Positions 10,977 through 23,223 of a stretch of DNA of 64,000 nucleotides are shown in pieces. The stretch spans positions 4,096,001-4,160,000 of the forward strand of contig CM000150.2 in NCBI GenBank assembly GCA_000004695.1, written 5' to 3'. Under the pieces are notes generated by a model that saw only the letters and a list, made by a program, of their open reading frames with translations, searched no databases and was not told the origin of the DNA. The position numbers and the translations under genes were made by a program. The stretch comes from Dictyostelium discoideum (Eukaryota). Position 1 is the stretch's first letter. Every line of letters starts with the position of its first letter.

Positions 10977-13690
10977 TTAATTAACCCAATCCAAATCATA
11001 TTTATATAATTTATTATTAGATAAAGATATTTTAAGGTGGTTTAATAAAATTGGATCGTTTTTAATGCTATTGATTTTGTTACTATTGTCATTATAAAAA
11101 TATTTTAGAATATGAATATTATTGTTTTTGATTGCATGAGTGATTGAGTAATTTGTAATTTTAAATTGATTTGGATAATAAGAGATAACCAAGTTACATA
11201 AATGAGTAATACCTAAAACAAATGCACTTATAAATATATTATTATTATCATTAATATACTGATTTTTTAGTTCTTCTTCATCGTCCTGTTGTTGTTGTTG
11301 AAGAGTATCTTCTTGAAAAATTATTTTAAATAAATTTTGATATTCACTTTGATTAAAAAGTTTTGATAATACATTAGACTGAACCTTTGATTTTTCAATA
11401 CTAATTAATTCATGTTCTTTAGTAGGATTATCAATTTCATCTATTTCAAATTGATGTAATAAATAATTATAAGTTTCTTTTAAAATTAATTTTTTAATAT
11501 CAGATGGTGTTGAAGGATTAATTAATTTTTTATAATTATCTTGATTTTTAATCTTTAAGAAATGCGATTGTAAGAATTCTAAAAATCTAACTTCAAATAG
11601 TTTTTTTGATTGATTAAAAACCATTGATTGAAATTTAAAAGGCTTTTTTACTCTTTCGAAATAATTCTCTAAAAAGAATTTTGATTCTAAATAACTATCA
11701 CAACTATTAACTAATTGAGGTGTTGAAGTAATAGTATTTAAAGATGAAATGGTGATTTCATAATTCTCTAAGATAAATTTAGAAATTTCAAAATTATTTT
11801 TAAATATTGATTCATCAAAAATTGCAGAATGAAATGCTGATTGGTAAAAATTAAATTCTATAAATCTTTGAATTTCATCTGTGTTCATTATTTTACAAGA
11901 TAAACTTATTACTTTTGGAGAGAAATCAAAAGAGTTTATTAAAACAACGGGTTTAATAAATAGATCTTCTTGTTGTTTGATTTTAGTTGTTGTTAAAGGT
12001 TGTTCAGTTGGAGGCATTAAAGGTAACTTTCTAATAGATTCATCTCTTAACTTACTTGCTGATAATAGTGAAAATGCTGGTACTTGATATAAATAAGTTT
12101 TCAAAGGGAATGTTGAACCTATTGGTACTTTTTCACGTAGACAATCAATGTGATCTTGAATGATTTCAAATTGATCAAAGAATAAATCTACTCTTTTAAT
12201 TAATAATAAATACTCTAATGTTAAATTCATAAATTCATGAAATTCATCAAGATAATGTGGGTATTCAATTATATTGATATAATTTAAAAATAATTGTGAA
12301 ATTAACATTTCAATAATTTTATCGAATGAATTGATATAATCACCACTACCACCATTATTATTTTTACCAAATATAAAATCAAATGTAAATTTATCAGATT
12401 CAAAATAATCAATAATGTCATAAACAGTTGGATCAATTTGATACTCGATTGAACAATTATAATATCTTTCTTTTGATTTTGAAAAAGGTTCAGTTATTCT
12501 TGGTATTGATAAAATGAATTTTATAAATTTGGTATCTCTAATTTGTAGGTAATAGAATGAATGATATAAAGTGTGTTTAATTGGTACTGAATTACTTTGA
12601 AATAGTGTATTAATTTCTATAATTTGTTCTTTTGTTACTTTCTTTGATTGAATTAATTTTTCAAAAATAAATTTAATTATAAGAATCAATGATTCAAATG
12701 ATTCGATTGGAATTGATTTTAATCGTTCAATTAATTTTATAATTATTGAATGTAATTCCTTTGCATTTGATTTTTCATCATGATAAATCGTTGTACTAAA
12801 AATATATCTTGGTGAATCATAAAATCTATCACCTTCACTATCACTAAAAGATATTACTTTATTTGAGTTGAATTGATTGGTAGTTTCCTCTTTTTTCTTA
12901 TCAAAAATTGTACTATTTATTATTAATTCAAAAATTGGTAAATCTAATGATAAAGTTGATTCTATTAATAGATTTTTTATAATATCAACTTCCATATTTT
13001 CAATATTTAATTTAATATCTGAATAAATTTTTGAATTTTTGATTTGATTAATAATTTCATTTTGAAATAATTTAAATGAACTTTTTGAAAAGTTTTTAAA
13101 ACCAATTTCATTAAAATATTCAATTAATTCTAATACTTTTGTTTCTGTTGTAGTTTTAGTTTCTGTTGTTGTTATTATTATTGTTTCTGTTGTTGCTGTA
13201 CTTGAAATTAATTTTTCACCATCTTCTTCAAATATTACTCCTAAAGAATTTAAATATTTCAAATTATCAATATTAAAATTGATTACTGAATTATACCAAA
13301 TGAAATTATATATGAGTTTCTTTAATTTCCCTGCACAACCACTACTACTGCCACTGCCATTGCTACTGCTGCCACTGCTACTGCTACTAGAATTTAATTT
13401 CGATTCACATAGATTTAAAAAGTATGATAATAATTCTACAGATTCAAATCTAAATGATAATATATTTTTTTTTTCAATTAAAAATGATTGAACAATCCAT
13501 TTATCATTATTTTCAGAAATCCAATCTAAAATTGATTTTTCTTTAATTATAATAATATCATTATCCTTTTTTTTTAAAATCTCAAATAAAATTGGATTCC
13601 ATTTACAATTCTCTAAATCTATTGGAAGTTGAGTTTTTAAACTACCATTCTCTTTTAATTCTAAAATTCTAAAAAATTCAATAAATTCAC

Positions 13691-13750
<60 letters not shown>

Positions 13751-14189
13751 CATTATTATCATTGTTGTGTAGTTCTTTGATTGTTTTTTTATATTTTAGT
13801 GTGTATTCTAAATAAAAGTCAATTATTTGTTTATAAATAATTTCATCAGTTTTATTTGATTTTTGAGAACCTTTTGAAGATAATGATTTTTTTATTATTG
13901 TTTTTATAAATAATTTTTGTAGTTTTTTAATTGACTTCTCATTGTTATTATTTTTATCATTATCGTAATTAAAAATTATTTTATCATTATCATTATCTAT
14001 ACAATAATTATTATATATTTTTAATACTAATAGAAGTTCACCGATTGTGCTATTTATTGAAAGGTCTGGTAGTTTTCCATTTTCTTTTAAAACTATATCT
14101 AAATCAATTAATTTATTCCTTAATTCTATATCTTTAAATAATAAAAACATTGAGTACCCAATTTTAGTTATATCAATTTCAATAATTTC

Positions 14190-14281
<92 letters not shown>

Positions 14282-14313
14282 TTGATTTAAATCTCTTTAA
14301 AGGCTGTTCCTCT

Positions 14314-14376
<63 letters not shown>

Positions 14377-15104
14377 TTAAAATCAAAAACTGAAAATAAG
14401 GAAATTAGTTGGTTTTCAGTAAATTCATTAATTTTAGATTTTAATGCCAAGTTGATTGAATTCTTTTTTATTCTTTGAATTTCCATATTATAGATAATAT
14501 TGTTTTTATCACTGTTGGTGTTGATGAGTTTTAATAAGATTTGAAGGATTTGTGGATCAGAATAAGTTGATATTGCATATTCTAAAGCTGATGGGTTAAC
14601 TTTTAAAGAGTATTCTTGATTTCCTAATATTTCCAATGCATCAACACAATTACATTTGGTAGCTACATGTATTAAATCTACGATTTCAAATTCTATTCTT
14701 TTATTTTTTAATAATAATATTAAAATCTCTTTTAATATACCATTGTTATTATTATTAGTTGTTGTTGATGCTGTTGTTGTGGTTATTGTTGTTGTTGATG
14801 TAGTATTAACGAATTCAATTCTTGATTTTGACAATGCTGAAAAAAATGTAGTGATTGAATTTTTACTAATTTTAATATAATCATTGGATTCCAATTTACA
14901 CTTTATTAATTGATAAAGGTTCTTTTTAATCATCCAATCTAAAGAATGAATATCTTTAAATTTTTTACGATTTTCTGGGTGAATGTTTTGTGGATCATCA
15001 TATTCAATCCATTCTAAACAATGAATTTGTTTAAAAATTAAACTAAGCAAATATTTATTATGAAATATTTGCCAAAATAATCCTTCAATATAATTATCAC
15101 CCAT
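10977..15104 (-). CDS. Large (1375 aa) uncharacterised protein, single exon, with poly-N/poly-S/poly-T tracts. Paralogue of the 16718..21547 gene.
   Basis: A 4.1-kb uninterrupted ORF in AT-rich DNA. The N-terminal about 90 aa, the central motif HTLYHSFYYLQIRDTKFIKFILS and the C-terminal YPNQFKITNYSITHAIKNNNIHILKYFY block are all shared with the neighbouring gene. I did not recognise a catalytic domain. Confidence 0.8.
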
Positions 15105-16142
15105 ATTGTGATCAAAAAAAAAAAAAAAAAAAAAAAAACCAAAAAAAAAAAAAAAAAAAAACCACTCAAAATTTTTCTTTTTTTTCCTTTTTTTTCTTTT
15201 TTTTTTTTTTTTTTGATATGATATTCATATAATATGTTATATTTAATAATTTAAATTACATTTTAAATTACATTTTAATAGATAAAATTTAATATTAAAT
15301 TACCATGATTTTTAAGTAATTCAGCAAAATTATATTTTAAGTATTATATCGAGCGATTAACCCTATTTTTTGAGCGTAATATGATATTTCAAGCGTTTAT
15401 CTATTATTTTATATGTTTATCATTGATTATAAAGCATATTTCACTTGCTAATGATATTTATTAATTTTGTTAAAATTAATATGGGAAAAAATCTTGGAAA
15501 AATTTTTTTTTTTTTTTTTGAATTAATTTTTAATTTTTTAATTTATTTTACTTATTTTTAATTATTTTTAATTTTTTTTTTTTTGAATTTAATTTAAAAA
15601 CACTCAATGGTTAACAGTTTTATACTAATATCAGCTATTTTTAAATAAATTAAAGGGGTTAGTTATTATTTTCTTTTAAACAAAATTAATATTTAAAATC
15701 AAAAAAAAAAGGAAAAATGGAAAAAAGTTTTTTTTTTTTTCAAGGACTTATTTACAATTTTTTCATCACCAAAAAAAAAATAATCAAAAAATAAAAAAAA
15801 AAAACAATTTTTGTGGCTTTCACCAAAAAAAAACAATAAACAAATAAAAAAAATCATTGATTATAATAAAATTATTATTAAAATATTTTATTATTTATTT
15901 TCATCTTTTATTGCTCCTTATAGGATATTACTCAACAATATAAATATGTTATATAATAAAAAAATAAATAAATTTTTTTGATTTTTTTTTTTTTTTAAAC
16001 ATAAGACGTTTTTTGAAAATGAAAAAAAAAAAAATTTTTTTTCAAATCTGTCAAAAAAAAAAAAAAACAAAATAAAATAAAATAAAAGAGGATAACCAGA
16101 ACAAAAAGAAGATGGACTAAAAATCAAAAGAAGATTCTGGTG

Positions 16143-16205
16143 ATGAAAGTGGTGGAGAAAAAAGTTGTAGTAAAGAAATCTAAAACACCAAACACATCAC
16201 CATCG

Positions 16206-16257
<52 letters not shown>

Positions 16258-16469
16258 CCAATGACAAATCATTTAATCTTTCAGATAAAAGAAAAATTTC
16301 ATATAGTAACTTTAAAGGTTTAGAACGTATTGATATCCGTGAATTTTTTGAAGATAAGTCTGGTGAATTAAAACCAAGTTCAAAAGGTATTTCATTAACA
16401 AGAGAACAACTTGTGGTTATATTAGAAAATGGTGATACAATTAAAGATTGGATAAAAGAAAGTAAATAA
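16143..16469 (+). CDS. Transcriptional coactivator PC4/Sub1 homologue (ssDNA-binding PC4 C-terminal domain) with an N-terminal Lys-rich segment and a poly-Ser tract.
   Basis: ISYSNFKGLERIDIREFFEDKSGELKPSSKGISLTREQLVVILENGDTIKDWI aligns with the PC4 core (FKGKVLIDIREYW...PG.KGISL..EQW..L). The poly-Ser is encoded by (TCA)n. The minus-strand ORF 16124..16507 is its antisense artefact (poly-Asp). Confidence 0.85.
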
Positions 16470-16717
16470 ACGATTTTCTTTAACAAATTACCACGATTTT
16501 GAAACAATTTATTAAATTTTAATCTTTTATGATAATAATTGGCAAAAAAAAGAATATAGATGATTTAGAACAAGTGGAAACATAATAATAATAAAAAAGA
16601 AAAGTTAATTAATATAAAATTTGCCTTATAAAAATTCTCGCGTTTAACAAAATGCCACAATTTGTTGTGTATTATTATAATTTTTTTTTTTTTTTTTTTA
16701 TGTTTATTACATTAATA

Positions 16718-19700
16718 TTAATTTAACCAATTTAAATCAAATTTATAATTATAATGATTGTTTAGTTCTTTTTTTAAATGATCCACTAAATCCTTGTTAC
16801 TTGAAATGAAGAAAGAGGAAGAATTTTCAAATCTATTATTATTATCAAGAATATGGTTTGGTAATATTGATATTATTTGACTCTTATTATAATTATTATT
16901 ATTATTATTATTATTAATATTATTATTAATATTATTATTTTTATAATAATATTTTAAAATATGAATATTATCTTTGTTGATAGCTTGAGTGATAGCATAA
17001 GTTGTTATTTTAAATTGATTTGGATAATATTTTAAAAATAGATTACACATTTGAATATTTCCTTTTATAAAGTATTTAATAAAAATATTATCATTTTGAT
17101 TTCTGTATTCTTTATCTGCATTTTCTTCATCATTATTAAATAACAATTGACCAAATAAAATTTTTAAACTATCTTGAATCTCTGATTGTTTATAAATTTG
17201 ATTTAATTTTCTATAATCTATATTTACAATTTCTTCTTGCTCTTCTTCATCATCATCTTCATCCACATCATCTTCTTCTACTTCATCTTCTTCATCTTCT
17301 TCATCATCTTCTTCTTCTTCTTCTTCATCTTCTTCTTCTTCATCTTCATCTTCTTCCTGTTCTTTCTGTTGTTTCTGTTCTTGTTGCTGTTCTTGCTGTT
17401 GCTGTTGTTGATGATTATGTTGTTGTTGTTTTTTTTGTTGATTTAATAAAATTAAAACCAATTCTTCTAATAATTGTTTTCTTTGAATTAAAGTTAAATT
17501 TTGATTTATAAATTCTCTATATTTATTTTCATTCTTTTGAAAATAATTATTTAATAATTCAAAGAATCTAAAAGTGAACAATTTCATTTCAAATTTATTT
17601 TTATCAAATTTGAATCTAATTGGATATTTAACTTTTTCAAAATAATTTTCAAGTAAAAACTTTGTTTCTAAATAATGGTCACGATTTAATTTTGGTGATT
17701 GGATTTGTTTACTTTGAATATCATCTTCATTATTATTATCATCATCATCATCGTCTGTAGCTGTTGTTGTCGTAGTAATTGGATCTAGTTGTGGTTGTGT
17801 AATTGATGATGATGTTGTTGTTGATGATGATGATGGTGGTACTGGTATTATTACCATTTTATTTAAATCATTCATTTCAATTTCATAATTATTTAAAATG
17901 AATTTTGAAATTTCAAAACAACCACTCAGAATTGAACAAAAGTAAACAATTTTTTGAAATGGAGTTTGATAGAAATTGAATTCAATTAACCTTTGAATAT
18001 TATCAACATCCATTAATCTACAAGCCAATTTAAGAACACTTGCAGAGAATTTGAATGAGTTTACCAAGAATTGTGGTTTAAAAGATTTCATTAAAGAGAT
18101 CATTGCATGATTAGTTGGTGGTGTTGTAGTTGCCTCTGTTGAAGAATTTAAATCTTGAGTTGTCATCCAATTTGAAGATAACATTGGTTTCGATAAAGGA
18201 ATCATTGGAAACTGTTTAGCATTACCACCACCAGCAGTGGTTTCATAGAGTTTACTAGTTAATAGAATGGTTGAAGCTGGTGATTTATGAATTGGTGTTG
18301 TGTGTGGAAATAATTCATTTTGATCGAAATGACCACTTTGATTCTCTTTATTTAAATAAACTTGAATGAATTGTAATTGTTTGAAAAATAAATCAATATT
18401 TTTAATCTCTAAACAATATTGTAAATAAACATTCATTAAAACTTGTAATACAATTCTATAAATACCACGTTTCTCTTCGAATAATATAATATAATTATGA
18501 ACTAATTGATATATAATTTTTTCAATTATATCATTTAATGAATTTGAAAATTCAAAATTATTATTATTATAATTATCTTTTAAAGTACGACCTAAAATAT
18601 AATTATAAGTGAATACATTTGTATCTAAATAATCCTTAATATCCGGTATACCATCGCCACCACCACCGCCACCAATATTACCAACACCAGAATTTGTGCC
18701 ATATTCAGTTGAACAATTATAATAATTTGAATAATCAGATTGAATAATAATTGAAATGAATGGATTTGTAAGTATACATTTTGATAATTTTGTTGACCTA
18801 ATTTGAAGATAATAGAATGAATGAAATAATGTATGATTTATTGAAATTGAAAGTTGATTTATTAATTTAAAATAAATCTTTTCAACCAAATCAATTGAGA
18901 TACCTTTAATTTGAATTAACTTTTCAAAGTAGTAATTGAAAATTTCATTATACGCTTGTTTAACTGATTTATTATTTGAAGCAACTAAATTGGATTGTCT
19001 ATATTTACAAACCAACTTTTCAATGATATCTATTATGGTATTACTATTGACTTTATTGATTTTATTTGTACAACCACCTATTCTATTCGCAATGAATTGA
19101 TCATAATGAAAGATGTTACGATCCTTATCGAAAATGTATCTACATTGTTTTAATCTACTGAATTCGAAATAATCATTTGCGAAAATCTGTTGTTCTACCA
19201 TATCATTATTTATCAATAATAAATGAATCATTACAATATCAGAGAACAACATTGACTCTATTAAAAAGAAGAATAAAGAATCTTTATTCATCAATGATAA
19301 ATCCAATCTTAATTCCAATACTTGATTAATTGGTATTGATTTCATTACAATCTCTTTAATAAATAATTCCAATGAATTATATGAAAAACATGAAAATCCA
19401 TATGAATTATAAAATTCAATAATTTTAATAATTGATTCTTCATTTAAAATTATATTACCACTATTCTCTTCACTACAACCACAGTTACCATCACTTGAAT
19501 TACTAATACCAATATTATTATTATTCTGATCTTGAATGAAATCATTTAAATGAAAAAATTGAATTTTTAAATTTATTGGTGATGAAATTAGTATCTTTAA
19601 ATTTTGAATATCACAATTCTTTATAGCCTCAACCCATGTATTTTTGTATATTTGTGCTCTAATTGAATTCAAACCAGCCATTTCAAATAGACTTGGTAAA

Positions 19701-20485
19701 ATTGTATCCTTTTCAGTATAAATCGCTAATTCCAATGACTGAATTTCAAATTTATTAAAACTATATACATTCTCACCAAGTATTATTTTCTTTAACCATG
19801 GCAATTTAATATTTGTAATCCAATCAATTGTCTCTCTATCTCTTATAATTATCTTCTCCTTAATAAATCCATTACCATCTACACCAATACTAATTAAATC
19901 AATTAAAATTGGATTCCAAATTAATTGATTCTCTTTAATTTCTTTAATAATTCTTTGGAATATATCTTTAAATGATAAATTATTACAATCACTACAACCA
20001 TTATTATTATTATTATTATTATTATAATCAACGATTTCACAATTTGTTTGAGTTGTTGTAAATTTAATAAATTGATGAAACACTTTTAAGTATCTAAAAA
20101 AATTAATAAATTCAATTTGATAATTATAATTAATTTGTTCTATAATTTGATTCTTATAAATTGATTCTAATTCAATCTCATTTATTAATTCTCTATATTT
20201 ATATATATATTCTTTATAGTATCTATTACTATTTGATTCAATTATTATTAATTTTTGTAATTCTTTTTCTTCATTTATTTCTTGTAATTTATTATTATCA
20301 CAATTATTATTATTATATTTTCTTATTATCACTAATAAATATTTCAATTCTTCAATTGATAATTTAATAAATGATTCTTCATCTTCTAAAAAATCAATAT
20401 TTGTTTTAATAACTAAATTTAATTCCATTAATTTACATTTAGTTTTTAAACATTTTAATGATTTAAATGTTTTAAAATCAATAAA

Positions 20486-20584
<99 letters not shown>

Positions 20585-20633
20585 ATTATTATTATTACTA
20601 TATCTAATTCTTTTTTGTGGTGGTTCTTCATTA

Positions 20634-20710
<77 letters not shown>

Positions 20711-21162
20711 GTTATTATTATTATTGTTATTATTACTATTATTATTATCTGGTAATATTAATACTTTATTATTATTATTATTATTTTTATTTTGAAAATT
20801 TAAACTATTAATTATATAATAAATCATTTCTTCTTTAAAATTATTATTTTTTAATGCAAATGAGAATGATTTAGTTTGTATAATTTCATCAATTATTAAA
20901 TTGAATTCTTTATATGTTTTATTAAAAGTTGATATTAAATATGAAACTATTGTTGGGTTTGAATTTAAAATTGCAAATTCAAAAGTTGATGGATAAACTA
21001 TAATAGAGTAAGGATCATTGGTAAGAATTTCCAATACACAAATACAATTACATTTCACTGCTAAAAATGTTAAATCTGTAATTTCAACTTCTGTTCTCTT
21101 CTTTTCTAATAACAAATGGATAATTTCTTTTAATATTTCTAAAGAAGAAGAGGATGAGGATG

Positions 21163-21260
<98 letters not shown>

Positions 21261-21547
21261 GAATTTATTGATAAATTTGAAATCGTTGTAAATAATATAT
21301 CTATTGAATCTTTATCAATTTGTATATAATCATTATTTGATTGTAATTTACATTTTATTAATGAAAATAACTTTTTATTTATCATCCAACTTAATGAGTG
21401 AATATCTTTAAACTTTAATCTATTATCTGCATGAATTTGTTTTGGGTCATCGTATTCTACCCATTCTGTATTTTGAATATGTTTTATAATACAACGTAAT
21501 AAAAATTTATTATGAAAAACTTTCCAAAAGAAATCTTCATTATTCAT
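16718..21547 (-). CDS. Large (1609 aa) uncharacterised protein, single exon. Paralogue of 10977..15104, with poly-S, very long poly-N, an acidic E/D run and a poly-Q/His segment.
   Basis: A 4.8-kb uninterrupted ORF. The conserved N-terminus FFWKVFHNKFLLRCIIKHIQNTEWVEYDDPKQIHADNRLKFKDIHSLSWMINKKLFSLIKCKL, the motif HTLFHSFYYLQIRSTKLSKCILT and the C-terminal YYPNQFKITTYAITQAINKDNIHILKYYY all match the paralogue. Confidence 0.8.
20470..20760. repeat. Near-pure (AAT/ATT)n microsatellite of about 290 bp, lying inside the CDS (poly-Asn). Similar coding tracts occur at 13690-13750, 14190-14370, 31935-32080, 35440-35700 and 36200-36420.
   Basis: Direct reading shows uninterrupted ATT repeats in one frame, with a few ATA/GTT interruptions. 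Confidence 0.9.
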
Positions 21548-21578
21548 GCTGATTACTATTAAAAATATAATAGATTTG

Positions 21579-21609
<31 letters not shown>

Positions 21610-22924
21610 TTTATTGGCTAATATGTTCTAATTTTTTTTATTATTTTTATTATTTTTTTTTTTTATTACTTAAACACTATTTTAATTTTATTATTTATTA
21701 TTATTTATTATAATTTTTTTTTTTTTTTTTTTTAATAATAATCATAAATTTTAAAAAATTGAATTAAAAAAAAAAAAAAAAAAGTAAAAAGTAATTATAA
21801 AAAAATTTTATAAGAAAAAAAAAAAAAAAGTATAAATACAAAAAAATTATAAAAATAAAAAAAAATAAAATTAAAAAAAAAATTTTTTATGACGTTGATC
21901 TCAGATTAATTATTTTTTTTTTTATTTTTATTTTTAATTTTATTTTTATTTTTATTTTTATTTTTTTTTTTTTTACACAGCTGCGTTACTGAGTGATATA
22001 TTTTTTCAAAAGATTTTTAATTATTCTTCAGACTTTTATTTCGCCATTTTAACCCAAATTAATTAGTGGCACTGGCATTTATGGAAATTAAGAAAAAATT
22101 ATGATCCAGGATGTGTTTAAACTGGGAATTTTTTTTTTTAATTATTTTTTTTTTTTTAAATTTCTTTCGGCAATTTAAAAAAAAAAAAAAATCTTTTAAA
22201 ATGTCAAAAAAATAAATTAATTAATTAAGAATTCTTATATTTCATCAAAAAAAAAAAACCATAATGAACAAATATAACCGTTAGGTGGCTTATGAGATTT
22301 ACATAATCATTAGGTCATTAATATTTTTTTTTTTTTTTTATTTTTTTTTTAAAACAAATATAAAAGAATTAATTATTTATTCTGAATTTTTTTATTCTTT
22401 CTTCTAGAATTTTAAAAAAAAAAAAAAAATATCCATTATTTATTATAAAATAATAAATTGTTTTTTTTTTTTTTTTTGTTTTGATAAATTAAATGTTTTA
22501 AAAGTTGATTTTTATGCCTCTATTAAATTTTAATGGTTTTTTTTTTTTTTTTTTTCAACTAAACTATTCATTCTAACAATGGACAATTAATTAAAAAAAA
22601 AAAAAAAATAATTAAAAATATTTTTTAATTTTTGTGTTTTTGCTATTCTATCTAGTAAATAATTGTTTTTTTTTTAGATGGAAATTTTTGAAAAATATAG
22701 GATTTTCACCAAAGGAAATATTTATATATTTTTTTAATTACCTCATCTCAATTTAGGATGTGAACTAGTTTTATTTAATTTATTTTATAAATGATTTTTT
22801 TGTATCTGAATTTATTAAAAAAATTTAAAATCCTTTTTTTTTTTTTTGAATTGGATAACGCAATTATTATTTGCTTCTCCTTGAGATGCTAGATCTCATT
22901 TTATTTTTTTTTTTTTTTTACAGG

Positions 22925-23164
22925 GTCTTTTTGATTAAAACATCTTTTTTGTCCAAACTTTTTTCTAAATCTTTTTTTATTTTATCGTCTGGTTCGTGAT
23001 TGATGTTTATGACGTATTTGAATTGTTTTTTTTTTTTTTTAATTGAGTTTTATCCACAATTTCGCTTATTTTTTGTAGGCATTTGTGTTGCTTAATATTT
23101 GTGGTGTTGTTTGTGATTTTCATTTTATTTTCTTTCTATCTTTTTTATTTTTCTGATTAACTTG

Positions 23165-23166
<2 letters not shown>
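22925..23166 (-). repeat. 3'-terminal module of TRE5-A. It duplicates the B-module/ORF1 5' region and follows ORF2 plus an internal poly(A) tract.
   Basis: 22925-23150 is near-identical to 27790-28017 (ttgattaaaacatcttttttgtccaaac...cttttttatttttct). It differs by a deletion of about 35 bp at the B-module end. It is preceded on the plus strand by T54 (23167-23220) and followed by oligo-T 22904-22919. Confidence 0.8.

Positions 23167-23219
<53 letters not shown>

Positions 23220-23223
<4 letters not shown>

Noticed and set aside
16124-16507. Minus-strand 127-aa ORF with a poly-Asp run.
   Set aside because: It is the antisense of the PC4 gene's (TCA)n poly-Ser tract. The plus-strand frame carries the conserved PC4 domain.
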